From Yuukianura sp. NJ FZ-2021 (lineage: Eukaryota): a DNA stretch of 64,000 nucleotides. A model generated the notes under the pieces. It saw only the letters and a program-made list of their open reading frames with translations. It was not told where the DNA came from and searched no databases. The stretch lies in the NCBI GenBank assembly GCA_046563655.1, contig CM102284.1, positions 5,208,001 through 5,272,000 on the forward strand. Reading direction: 5' to 3'. Shown in pieces: positions 14,230 through 27,900 of this stretch. Numbering within the stretch: the stretch's first letter is position 1; the number at the start of each line of letters is the position of its first letter. Made by a program: the position numbers and the translations under genes.

Positions 14230-15680
14230 TGATTTCGGTTTTTTATTAAATATATTATGTTTATATAATATTTTATTAAATATATTTAAAAATATTCTTT
14301 GGATCATTCTGAAATCAATCGTGAAAAAATTAGCAATTTATTGCATTCCGTTCCAGAGATATGAATTTTTAAAGTTTTCGAAATTTTGGAAAGAGATTTT
14401 ACACAGCGAGATTGAAGGCTCCTCTGAAAAAGTGTCCGGAGCTATGCGGGGATTAGGCGACTCAAAAAGGTTCCTCTCCTTCCTCAACTTTTTTCCCGCT
14501 GGCGGCTTCCCCATACAAAAAGTACACAAGACCAAAAGACCTATCTCGCCTCTTCGCTTCGTACGATTCCCTGTCAACTTTTCTGCTCTTCCGAAGGCCT
14601 CTTATGTTAAAGACTCTTTACAAAATTTCAAAAACACAAGCACCATTCCCCGCTTTAGAAAACTTTTTAAAAATTTAAGTTGCAACTATTTCTTAGACTC
14701 TATCGCTCAACTCAACTTGCACACATATTTCCGCAAATTTTTTGCGAAGATTTTGCAAAAAACGTGCCTTTGAAATTTTGCCAAAAAAAAAACCTGGCAC
14801 TACTATGATGTAGGGATGTTTTCAAAAAAGATATCATCCAAAAGTTTTTTTGCAAGTTTTTAAAAATTAAAAAAATGCTTAGCACTTTGAGTTCACTGTC
14901 GTCACTAAGTTCAGATTGCCTCATGACACCGCTTCCGCTTCGTCTCACCCCGAATATGAATTTTTAAAGTTTTTGGAATTTTGCCAGGAGTTGCAAAAAT
15001 TCCACTTTGCAATGATTTATGTGGCTCCACCGGCCAACTTATATTGCAAAATAGCATTTTACATAAATTTGGTGCAAACATTGTCCAAAAAACGCACGTT
15101 CAAAATTTTGCCAAATTTTGCAAAAATAGCTGGACTATAGTTCAGGGATTTTGGTAAAAATCAATCAGAATTTCGATTTCGATTTTTTGGGTTTAAAAAA
15201 TTCTTCTGATCATTATGAGTTTAGGCGTGAAGCGATTAGCAATTTATTGCATTCCATTCCAGAGATATGAATTTTTAAAGTTTTTGAATTTTCTGAAATT
15301 TTGGAAAGAGATTTTACATTGTGAAAGGGTAGGCACGGCTTGGAAACTGTCCGGAGCTATGCGGAGATTAGGCGAATCAGAAAGGTTCCTCTCCTTCCTC
15401 CACTTTTTTCCCGCTGGCGGCCTTCCCATACAAAAATCCCAATAGCAGAGAGGGGCTACCTGCCTCTTTGCTCCGTACAATCCCCTATCTCAAATCGACC
15501 AAATTCAGTCCGTACACTTTTCAGTTTCTCAAATCGCAAAATTCGTAATAATTTCAACTTTTTTGCAACTTCTGCGACTACATCGGCCGGTTCCAGTTGC
15601 AGAATATTATTTCGCATAATTCTATGCAAATTTTTTCGCAGAAAGCACCCCGACCATCAAAATTTTTGCAAATTTTGAAT
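14230..15680. repeat. Degenerate direct-repeat block between the two LLTP 3' ends
   Basis: About 14321-14570 aligns with about 15227-15490 (TTAGCAATTTATTGCATTCC.TTCCAGAGATATGAATTTTTAAAGTTTT ... GTCCGGAGCTATGCGG ... AAGGTTCCTCTCCTTCCTC.ACTTTTT.CCCGCTGGCGG). A partial third copy lies near 14950. A second sub-unit recurs near 14680-14790, 15040-15125 and 15550-15680. Confidence 0.85.
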
Positions 15681-15915
15681 AAATTCATAGATTAGATTTA
15701 AAAAAACAAAGTAAATTAAATATTCGTTTATTTAATGCAGATTCAATGCTAAATTCTTAAAATAACCACTCAGATTTTTATGAAAGGTGGAACTGAGTAG
15801 AGGGAGCTAAATTAAATTAAGTTCTAAACAATTAATCAGATTTAGACATCACAATTAACCAAGTCAATTCTCAATCCTTTGATGTAAAATAGAAAAACGA
15901 TTTTAGCGTCAAAAC

Positions 15916-18900
15916 TCAACGGCTGACGCATTGTTCTGAGTCTTCGATAGGAGCTCCGGAGAGGTTACAAATCGCTTGGTACGCAGTCGCTGATGTACAA
16001 ACGGCTCGATTCGCGTCAAATCCCTTTTCTCGTGACAAAGATTCACACGTCCATTTATATCCCACTGGAGATTCAACGCTGAAACATGGCCTGCAATTTT
16101 CAAGAAAACTTTTTAGAAAAAGTTGGCATTTCGGAGTGAGTTTTTTCAAAAATTTTGATTGTTTAGTCATAAATTACTTGAGTCGTGATGATGATCCGTT
16201 GAAGGCATTTGAGCATTTTAGTTCAACAGTTGAATCAATTTTTCCAGAATGAACTGGTAGCGGCTTCTCTTGACATTGACCAAGTTTCCAGCCAGTTGCC
16301 ATTTCTTCCACAGAATTTACAATCTGCAGAAAAATAAATAAGTTTTTAAGTGCATTTGAGTAAAAGTTTTTCCAACTAGAATTTAGAATTCACGAAAACA
16401 TTTTGAACACACCTCTCCGTTTGGCGAGTTCATGTCATCAAATTCTTCATGATTGTAAGTTCCCAGAAGTCCGTTAGTTTTTCCTTGGTAAAATCCGGAA
16501 ATTTTGAAAACACAAACATCTTGAAGGGTGGAGCAAGCGACGGAAAATCCTGCTGGACCACGAGCAATTATCCAATTGTTTTGTTTTTCAACTTTCAATT
16601 CTCCTACTGATGCTGGAACTGCTGTTGCTTCACCATTCAGCAAAACCTACAACAAAATTTAAACAAAGAATTAGTTTGATTAATTAAAAGCGTGATCGAT
16701 TGCTGTGTCTTACGGTATGATCCGATTTGATCGTAATGTCATTTTTCAGATCCGTCAAAGTAATTGATTTCTTGACCTCAGCGGTACTACTTTCACTGTA
16801 GTCGACGACAATTGTGAAATTGTTATCAACAAAGTCCGAAGCTAGTATGTACTGGCACTTGCCCTCAAAATGGAAGAATTTGTTGTCAAAAGTTTTGTAG
16901 TATTGGGATCCCATCAGAACAGCTTTTCCTAGAAACAGCAACAACAAAAATATTTATTTATTCGCCAAGAACCTTTTCCGACTTTAATTTGTAGCTTCCG
17001 TAAGATTCTTTAAAAATGTTTTTTAAAAAAATTAATTTCGACACCAGTTAAAAAGTCTACACCTCAAAGCACGTATAAAAATCAAATTCGAATATTTTTG
17101 ACCAGGTTAAAATTAATTAATGATTTGTACGGGGACGAAACTTTAATAACTAATTAACCTCCGTAGATTCTATAAAAATGTTTTTAAAAAAATTAATTTT
17201 TGTGTAATTTCGACACCAGTTAAAAATTCTACACCTCATTTTTGAGTAGCTAAAAGTAATTAATGATTTGTACGGCGTCGAACTTATGCAACAAAAAAAA
17301 TTTTTTTTAAATTCCTTTTTGTTTTCAAACGAAATCTAACTTGAGTCTCAACTTATTTTTACGAGCCTACTGGCCCTACTGTGGCCATTTTGATATTAAG
17401 AACGAAGGTGAAGTTGCAATTAACATTAAATGCTCACCTCTAGCAACTCAAAAAAAAAACCAACAGCAACAAAAATCAGCGATTTCAAGTAGTACTCAAG
17501 CGATTCCTTACCCTTGAACGGCGGAAGAATGTCTCTAAGGCTATAATTCGGTGCTTTGAGTTGGTTGTAGAGGTCGCGGAGGCTGTAAGTGTGTGCTGGC
17601 GTTTGGAAACTGTACGATGCTGCAGCCTTTGTAAATGAAACGCCAAAGTCCGTCAAAGATTTGATGGGCAGCGGTAGCGGTACCTTCAAAGAAAATCAAA
17701 CTTTAGACAAAAGTTTGCCTTATTTTCATGAAAATTTTGATGTTTTTGAAAACTTACCCGAGCAATAATGAGACCATTGCTCAAATCAATCGTGAACAAA
17801 TTTGCTTTCATTTTCTCAACAGCCTTGACAAACTTGTCATAAATTTCAGTTTGTGCTGCAGTGTCGTTTGTCACTTCCTGTTTGGCTCTCTTCTCCACAT
17901 ACTGAACTATACTGAGCATGAACTCTTGGTACTCACGGTCAGGAAATGCAGTCAGAATGGAGTCTCGCATGGCTTCTAAATCTCTTTGGTATTCCCCTAG
18001 CGTAATCTTCGCAAGTTGTTGGTACTTGTCCTTGTAGTACTGAACGTAGTTTTTAACAAAACTGGATTCTGAAAATACTTCCATCTTCGATTCCAATGTT
18101 TTCCAAACCGATGACATTGCTTGAAGAGCCTGAACTAGCGTCTCCTTAAAAAATTTCCCAATTCCTGAAACAAAATTTGAAAAATTGAAAACAAAATCAA
18201 ATTTTAAAATCTAAAAGTTCCATTCAGAATTTACCTTCAGAAGTATTTGACAAAAACGTGAAAGAACTTCCAGCTACGTATGATTCAGAAAGTCGATTGA
18301 ACATCCCGTAGACTCGTTTCAGAGTTTTCCTGGAAGTTTCAGCAAAATATTGAATCGTTTTGTGGACTCCTTTTTGAATCGCTTCTCCCATTTTGGGAAC
18401 TCCATCAATCGCTGATTTGATCAAATCTGGTATAGCATCTAGTGAATTAATCGCAACTGCCGCTTGAGCCTCGGCCCACTCAACAGCGTTTTGAAATCCC
18501 TTCTGTAGTTCTTGCATGTCTGTTCCAACAACATTTAGGAAAAATTCGACGTAAGCACGGATGTAAGGATTCAAAATTTTGGCATCTTTAACTTCGTCGC
18601 TGATATCTTCAAATTCATTTTTGTAGTATGTCGTAACAGGTTTGAAACCTGGAAGCGCTTTGGTAATTGTGTCGCCAACATGGTCTGATTCCGACTTAAC
18701 CTTCTCCCAAGCTTCGTAGTTTTTCCGCTTGAATTGAATTGCAAGGTCAGTAAGTTTTTGGGAAGTTTTTTCCTGAAATCATAATTTCCGACGTCAACAA
18801 TTTGTTGTCCAATCACGAAATGAATTTGATTTCTTACCAAGCTGGATTTGATGTCATCCTCCTCCCAAGTTGATTTGACAAAAAGAAGACGTGTGTTATT

Positions 18901-21900
18901 CAAAGCAATATTGACGTCAGCGATGGTCCTACGCTGATTTCCTGAATTCGTATACACTCCAGCAACAAACTCTTGATCACTCTTGAATCCAACCCAAGCT
19001 TCATAGGAATCTGAACTCTGATTGGTGTACAATTTGGCATGAGCGCTTTGTGGAAATGAGCTGGAAACGCTTCGCTCAATAATCAGGGAGTTGTCCATTC
19101 CAGGGACCAAAATTTCTCGACGTATAACGGAACTGTCGTATTCATATGTTCTTTGACTCGAAATCAAAAGCTTTAGGCCCTCCGGTGCTAGAAACTGAAA
19201 TAAGATACAAAAAATTACTTTGTATTTTCAAAAAAAAATCTCCTTTTTTTCCAAAAAATGTTGCATTTTTTAAACTAGAATTTTGACGAACCTCAATTTT
19301 TTGGTGGTCTTCTACATAATCTAAATTCAACTGGTAGTTTTTCATTTTCTGAACACTGTTCAAATAGTTGAACGTTGTCTGTGACGAGTGTTCACCTCGG
19401 GTCATGTCAATGTCACTGTGAGCGTTGAATGTTAGTAAGCCCTGAAAGAAGAACAATTTCAAAAGTCAGTTCCAGTAGTTTTAAAATTTATGATTAACTA
19501 AATTGCGAAAGTAATTAATTAATTAACAGAAGTGCTAATTATTTTGCTAAAAACCTTTGGTTCACAGGAATGACCTGAGCAGTTTTCATAGCTACAGCTA
19601 GACGCCATATAAAAATTAATTAAGTTCATTCATACTTTTCAAGCCTAAAATAACAGTACGAAAATGGAAACTTTTTTACACGGCGTAGAAATTATTTGTT
19701 CAGCAACAAAATAAACGCTGAAATGCAAATATAAATTAGATCCTCACTGTTCGAATTTCAAGAATTTGATTATCCGATGATTTAAAATTCAAAAACTAGT
19801 GAATCCCGTGAATTTTTTTTTGAAAACACACTTTGAAACCAAGGTAAATAGAATACTTATAGGTACGGTCGTTGAAAATTGTTTTTTCAAAACTGAGTTG
19901 CTATGGGATTTGTTTGACTCCGAGTTCACTCATTTACAGTGTTGTTCAAAATTTTCAGCATTTTAGTCTTAATACTTTCGCCGCAAACTTAAAAATAGCT
20001 TAAAAACTCGGATGAACCTGTATTTTCACTCGGAGTGACGTCACTGTGAGTGAAATTGTAAACAAATAAAGAATCGGTTTTGGTCGCTAAGGCATTTTTG
20101 CCGCCCCCTGCTTTGAAACTGTGCTTTTTGCAAAATTTTTGCACCAAATTCTGCGAAACTCTGTTCTGCAACTACAACAGTTCGATGGAGTTGAAGAAAT
20201 CGCAAGAAAGTTGAAATTTGTGACATGGCAAAAACTTCGGGTTTTGGAAATCGTTTTGAGATTTTCAACAAGATTTTCTTTGAATTAGTACCTCCAGTCC
20301 GACATCTACTGCGTAGTTGTCAAGCGTCGAGTTCTTGACCTTAAAAATGACAGTTAGCGGTTCCTTGCCAGATCTAAAAATGTCCAGAACGGTATTCGTG
20401 TCGTAGATGTATCCCTCGCTGTTCTTAATTCGAGAGATCACCTTGAATTCCTGGATATATAAAGGAGGGGAACAAACTTTAGAAAAACATCAATCTTTTC
20501 AAAATTTAAATATCAGTTGTAACCTTTGCAAGCGTTGGGAGTTTAAGTGAAAAAGTGCGCAACTCCTGGTTGTCAGAAACTATAGACAACGTCAACTTTT
20601 CCGACGGTTTTCGGAAGCGATCCAACCAAACTTCCACAAGCTCCTCTGTTGAGAGTTGTCCCTCCTTCCGGGTAGCCAAAATTCCAACTTCTCTATCCGG
20701 TAAGTAGATTTCCAGACCAGTTTCAGGGTCTCCAATTTCACGATTTCTGAACAGTTTGAACCCAACAGGCTGATGTTCACCGTGATCCGATTCTCCATCA
20801 TCGCTAACTATTCTAGCAGAGTATTCTTTGTAAGTGCTCATCATCCTCGCAGTGTTGTATTTGTCCAAGTTCTTAATGATGAGTCCATCAGAAAGCGATT
20901 TTCCTTCAGTAGTTGAATTGATTCTAATTATCAGTTCGTCACCACTCATTCCGGAAGTTCCACGTGCATCCATCTTCGTATGCTTGACTTCAAACTGTCT
21001 ACATTCCTGGTCATCCTTTGAACAAAATAGACTTAGAACCTCAAAGCCGCCGACTACGTTGTGACCTTTGACTGGCTTGTAGCTGAGGTCAGCTCTGACA
21101 CAATCCTTGTCTCGAGTAGAACAAAATTTGGTTTCGTAAAAGTCTTGATCCGTAGTTCGTTTTCCAGCAATGACAAAGGTCAAGGGATACTCCTCACTCT
21201 TCAGTTGCAAAGTCAAGGTGATTCCGCGTCCATCTTCAGAATTGCGATGCATTTGGTAAGTTTTGTCTTCTAATTGAAAAGTTCCACCCCAGGCAGCGTC
21301 TGCTCCCAATTTAATTGTTGCTGAGCCGTCGATGTTGGACAGGAAGGGGGTGATTTTCTTGACGTACTCAAGCCTAAGAAAATTGGAACTTTTAATCTTC
21401 TAGTCCAAAAAATCTTGGAATAATAATTCCCTAAGAGAATTTTTTTTTTTTTGGTCTTACACGACAAATCCTTGTTCCTCTTGAGCACTGAGAACATGAA
21501 ACGCAAGAATGTTTCCTCCGCTAGGTGTCGCTGTTTGAGAAACCTGGATTGTCCAATTGTCAATCTTGTTCACTGGACTGTGAATGGTCAGGTCACCGCC
21601 TAAGATTGAATCTGTCCGAAGCAAATTTCCAGTTGTAGAGATGAACTTGTCTCCTCCCCAGGACATCACTGACTCAACAGTGTAGTTGTTCTAAAAATAC
21701 GAAAAGTTAAGAAAACAATAAAAAAAAAATTACAAGAATGAAAATACATTTCTTCTGTTTAATATCTTACCGTATTGAGTCCTCCCAAACTAAATGTGAC
21801 TCGCTTAACTCCGACCTTGTCAGTGAAAGCCAAAATAATTCCTTTCTTGGCATTGGTCAAATCAACTTTACTGGATAGCGTCACCGTTTCATTGTTCAGA

Positions 21901-24900
21901 GTTCCCTGGATGCTCGTGGTGTACCCTTGCCCTTGACGACCTCTTGGTTTGTGGCGTAGAAAGAGTTCGAGGTGATCATATCCAGTGATTGTCGTATTCA
22001 TAGCGTAGTCGAATACAACAGTATTGTAATTTCTGTCAGTGTCCAAAAGGAACTTCGTTTCAGCTTTTCCACGAAAGGTTCCATGGCCCTTGAAAGTAAG
22101 CTTCTTGTCTCCAAAGAGTCCTTTGCCGCTATAAGTGATCAGAGGTTGTCCATTTGGATAAATGTTGTAACGAGAATGAAAGTTGGTTTTCAGATAGGAA
22201 ACTCCAATGTCCCATGTCGTCGGAGCAGCATTGTTGATTGACACGTTTCCGATGCTGGAATACTGCAAATACAAAGAAATTCAATCATTGCAGGATTACA
22301 ACTTACTTTAGTTTATAAATCATTTTCAGTACCTCGTAATTGTCTGATTTTGAATAAATGTAGCCCATTTTATACGTTGCGTCAATGTTATTCAGCTTCT
22401 CAAACGGCGTATTGAGCTTGTATTTTATGTCCAGCGTGGACTTGGGTGACCAATTGTCATATTGGAGTTCCAGCTCACAGTTGCCACTCTTCGTTCCATA
22501 AGCTACATTGCCAGCGTTTTTGATATTTCCAGCTTGTACTTCCGATTTGAAGTCGACATGGAGGGGATTGCTCAGAGCACTTCCGGTGGCATTGACCTGA
22601 AACACAAAAGTTAAGTAAAGTGTCGTCTGTTCATTTCAATTTTCAAGGGAAGGAGAAAATTCTGGAAATCTTACCAGTGCTGTAGTTGTTCGTTTGTTGG
22701 TGACGATAGACCCGACATCAGCTTTAAGTCGAAATGCTTCACTTCCATGATAGGCTACCCTGATATCAGAAGTGTGCTCAAAAGCATAGTTGGAAATGTT
22801 CATGTTTACAGTTCGTTGTGAAATGTCAAGCTGAAAAGGTTGTTGGTTCGGAAGATTCAAAACGGCACTTTGGACAATTAAGAAACTTCTATCGGAAGCT
22901 TCGCTGAAATCTTTCAGTTGAACAGCATATACTTGTCCAACTTGGCCTGTATAGGTGGCGTTTACAGAAAGATCTCGCTTCGGATTGTATCCTGAGTTGG
23001 ATTTCAAATCAAAATCAAATCCATGTTGTGATCCCATCCAAATAAATGTGTTTCTGTAAAAATCAAAAAAAAAAAATTTAAAAAAATTGAGATTTTAATT
23101 ATTTTTTTTTATCGATTACCGTAATTCCAGGAGAGATGATTGTCTCGTCTTCGAATTTTTTACAGCACTGCTCAATGTCATAGATTTGTTGGGGTCAGTA
23201 GCGTTCCATTGAACAGTTCCGTCATATTTAAACGTTTCCTCTTCTTTCCTTAGATTCGACGACGCCTCAATTCTACGTCCAGTTGGAATCCAAGTAGCTG
23301 ACACTTTGACGTTACTTGCAACAATTTGACCACGACCGTGATTTTCTTCAAGACGTGCATCCAAGTAATTCTGGACGAAGATCGTGGACGTAAAGTTTGA
23401 CGGAATTTTGTCAAAACCGCGGCGGTAGTCGGAAGCCAAGTTGAAAACGTCTTCACCAGTTGCTTTGCTTAGGATCAAATGTGTGTGGTAATTGTCCTTC
23501 CTACTAACTACGTTTGAGATCAGCCTAAATTTCATAAAAAATAGTTTGTCAAAAATATATAAAAACTAACTAAAAGTTAAAAATTCAAGCACAAATACCT
23601 CAAAGGCGTAGCTAAAGCCGAGCTACGGATATTGGAATTAAGTTCAGTGTGGATGTCATCGTTGACATTGTTGAGAACCAGTTCTGTGTCAGCATCGAAC
23701 GTAAATGGACTTTTTCCTTCAGGCGCACTGCTAATTGACGAAATGTATTTCCATTTCTTGGGACTCAATTTGAGACAGGTTTCGCTAAATTTTAGTGCTT
23801 GTCCAGGAAAGGTCACCTGTAAGAGGTCACAGAAGGTCAAACGAAGGTGAAATCATGGAACTGAGAGTTTTTACGGTTTAATGTTACCCCAACACTACGG
23901 GAACTTACGTTTCCATTGATGTCATAACTAGAAAGGTCACCGTCAACACCAGTTGCCTGGTATTTGACAAGAGCAGAAATGTCAGAGCCCATCCGCAGTT
24001 GAAAGTCGCCAAGCTGTTCCTGGTTACCATTCGTGGCATCGGCCTTCAAAGTCCAGTCATATCCTCCCTTTGGATATTTCACTGAAATTATGTCAAAATT
24101 TTTGTAATTTTCATTAAAAAAAATTGTGAAACTGTAAAATTATTCTTACATTCAGCCACATTTCGAATGTTGAATTGTTTGCTAGATTCGAAACTGATAT
24201 TCGAAGACTGAAATAATCGAAACTTCGAATCTGTATCCATTCCTCGTTCAAACAAGAAAGTCTTTTCCATTCCATTGACAGTTTCGACACTGTCATATTT
24301 GAGGTCAAAGTTCGCAAAGGTACGACGAGAAGATGAGACGGATAGTGCGAATTTGTTGGCCTTTGGCATCGGTTTGCTCAATTCCGTGTCAATAACAAGT
24401 TCATGCTGAAATTGTTCTCCATACTTCGCAGTGGCGTTCAATGCTTTTCGCGTTTCCTTGAAATCAGCTGTACCGTCCATACTCAACTTTCCAAACATGG
24501 CGCTGTCCAACTTGACGTCCCTGAAGGTGTAATCGGCGTTCTTCGAATCAATTCTATTTCGATTCAGCGTTCCAGAAATGTTTGTTCGGAACTCTGCACT
24601 CAAAGCCTCGTTGATTTTGAGGTCAAAGTCTAGTTGTTTTCCGGAATTTTTGACAATTTGTCCCTTCAAAAACGTTCCGGAGACTGATGGAAACGTGAAA
24701 GCCACCAAAGGTTCGTAGGTTTTAGTATTGGCGCGGGTATTGTCAGTCATTTTGAGAGTAGCTCCAGCCGAGTAGACTGTGTTTCCACGGACGTACTTCA
24801 TTTCATACCCCTTGATGCTGTCTTCGTCCCATCTTTGATCTGTTCAAATTGTTGATTTTTTCAAAATAAGTTCGAAAACTTTCAAAAAAGGATGTTTTTG

Positions 24901-27900
24901 ACTTACATTCAATTCTCAAATGATCTCCGGGCAGGGTAACGTCCAGGTCAAGTTTTGGTGATTGGCCCATAACATAATGTCCGTCAGCTTTGATTAGTCT
25001 ATTCGTTTTTGATCCAGGCGTGTCGAAGACAAAAGAAATGTTCTTCTCAGTGTCACCTTCAAAAACAAGAAAGTTAGAAAATCCGAAGTCAAAAATTAGT
25101 TAGCAATTAGATAATTGAAGAGAATTTTCCAAAAAGAACTTACTTTGCAAGAGTGTCTGAATTTTGAAGTGGTAACCCTCCATCGATGCCTCAGTTTTTT
25201 CAATTGAAAATCCTAGCAAAGAGTCGCCAGCCATCGGGAAGCTTGGTGCTTTCGGAGCAGCATATTCCGGAACTTGAAATTGAGCACAAAGACGGAGACC
25301 AATTTTGGACGACTCAGTACAAAATGGAGTTGATGTTCGTTTAGAAGCAAATCTGGACACCAAAGGAGTTTCCGTGAGCATAAAATTTTCAGCTTCTGTC
25401 CAAACCAATTGAGTCCGCATGCTCAAAACTTGAACTTTGTCTTCCGGAAGATTCAGTTTGACTTCAAACTTCCCATCTTCATTGGCAATTCCAATGTCCA
25501 TGCCCGTAGCTGAATGAAGTTTGCCTTCCAGTTGAAGTCCTGATTCGATCGGTCCTGCGCCGACACTCATTTTCGCCCTATTTTTTTTAAACAGATCAGT
25601 TTTCATAATTCTTTAAAAAATAATTAGCGTATAATACCTTATTAGCGTTGCAGCGCTAGGCACAAAGCGGAGTTTCGTATCGGTGTTAGTATCCCTGTTG
25701 TATAAGGCTCGAATATCCACTTTTCCGTTCATCTCCAGTGACAGAACAGTAGTTCCCTCAATTTCAAAGTTTAGCGGTAGACCAGATGCAGTTGGAACGA
25801 CAAATTCGTCGTCCAAGAATGTAATCGGTTCAGTAAGTTTGATGTTGTGATCTTTGGCTCCTTCCAGAAGTTGATCAAAGACTGAGTACAGTTTACCTCG
25901 ACGAAAATTTTCTCGTAGATTGTCTTGGCTAAATGATGCTGTGTAAACTGTAGTGTCTAGAACTCGAGCGTAGAAGTCACCAAGACCGCTGGAAGCAAAG
26001 TTGTCTTTGATTCGTGTAGCTTCTGACAATTTCTTTTCAACTGCGTTTCGATTAACTGGAGAAGTTGCGACGCTTCGTTTCGATCTGGAACCAGCGTCAA
26101 AAGATCTTGCCATGAACCTTCCAGCGGCTCGTTCCAGCATATGTTCAAATTTTTCAGCGTACATGCCAACCTGTGAAATTATTCTTGGATTTAGAAAATT
26201 GTGAAGAGGCAGATCAAAATATTAAAATGTTGCAAGTTTCTTTTACCTCCAAAAAGTTATAAGATCTTCCAAACAGTTGAGCGTCCAATTTACATGAAAC
26301 GGACCGTGGAATGTAAGAGTCTTGAGAAAAGACCACGTTAGATTCAGCGTCGAATCCGGTGTTAGTAGTTGCGCTGAAAGTGGAGTAGCCAAGATTTGTT
26401 GAAAATTTTCTAGGATCGCTTGGAAACTTTTTCGGTAGCGACAGTTGTTTCATGGCAAGTCGAATTTCGCGTTTCACTGGATTTGGACTCGCCACGATAT
26501 TTGCCACATGAGAGGAAATGAAAGAGCCAACTGCAAAAAGAAAATAGGTTGACCTTTGACCTTGTAAACAAAAGTTTTAGTATTAGAGAATCTAACTCAC
26601 CTTGGTTTGACTGTTCCGAATTCAAAATAGCTTGAAGTCTTCGAACATCTTGTTCTTTGAAACATCGACTTATGGCCAAATAACTTTGAATTCTCAATTC
26701 CGAACTGACCTTGATGTCTTTTAAGATTCCATAAGCTGTTTCCTTCAGTTGACTTTGGCAAGGATCTCTTCGGAAAGCCTGAAGAGCAGCCATTTTCATC
26801 CGATTGGTTGATTTCATACATTCCGTGATGTTCCCAACGGCCTCTGGTGTCAAGCTGTCCAAGTTTCCAAGTGCCTGGAGTGCGTGAACTCCTAAGTTAA
26901 TGGCCGTGTCCTCTTCGCCCATGCAACTCTCTCTTCCAATTTGACTTATGGCGTTGACCATGTCCAGGTAAGCTCTATTCGTTCCACAGTTTGGATTTGT
27001 TTCGACGCAGTAGCGATGACCTAGAGCTGATGCAGTCAGGAGTAACTGTGGGTCAATTTCAGTCGTGCGCAGAAGCGTCGTGAAGGCTGACAGAGCTGCG
27101 ATGTCCGGTCGCGGAGCAAAACTTCCGTAGACACTGAAAACGCCTACGGTAAACGGATCCACTCTTCCTTTGCCAATTAGGGTCGCCATAAATTCAATTG
27201 ATTCTGTTGTTCCAGCTTTTGCAACAGTGTTAACAAAAATCGTGGCTGCAGCGTTCGAGCATTGTGAATCGCTAGTAATCGTTCTGTAAATTGCTATAAG
27301 GTCAGCTGGATCTCTAATGGCTCTGATTGTTTTTCGGAGTGAATTGATAACTCCAGGAACAACGGCTGTTACAGTTCCAGTTCTCGTTTGCATACAAAGA
27401 TCCGTTAAAAGAAGTTTGGTGTTTTGTACTGCCAGATTTGCTGCAATTCCACCGACGTCTGTTTTGGAATGATCGAATAAAATGGTTGTAGGATTTTTGG
27501 CCTGGGAAGTACTAATTGTTGACTTCTCAGTTGAGCTTGGATTGTAGGTCAAAGACGTCGAAACCGTTGAAATGGCGTCACTACTTTTTTCGTCTGCCAC
27601 GAACAGAAGGGAGTGCGTTTCCGTACAAGTGACGCTTGTGATTATTTTCTGATTGTTCAGAGTCTGCTGACAGGTTTGACTAGAGTTGAACACTGGAATT
27701 GAGTTTTGTTCCTGAAAAGATCGAAGCGTATTCAGTTTTTAAGAATTTCTTCAAAAATTTTAGAATTTGCATCAAATTTTGAAACTTGTAACCTACCGAT
27801 GCGACCTTATAAGGTGTCCCTTGAAGAATCCAAATTCCGCCATCACGAGAGGTGCAGCTCTGTAGTGCCTTGGTCTTGACAAAGACGTTACCAGAGACGG

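Noticed and set aside
14321-15678. ORFs of 76-150 aa (14321-14773, 15215-15445, 15340-15678) that resemble each other
   Set aside because: They are translations of the degenerate repeat, are Phe/Lys-rich from A/T runs, have indels between copies and show no domain.
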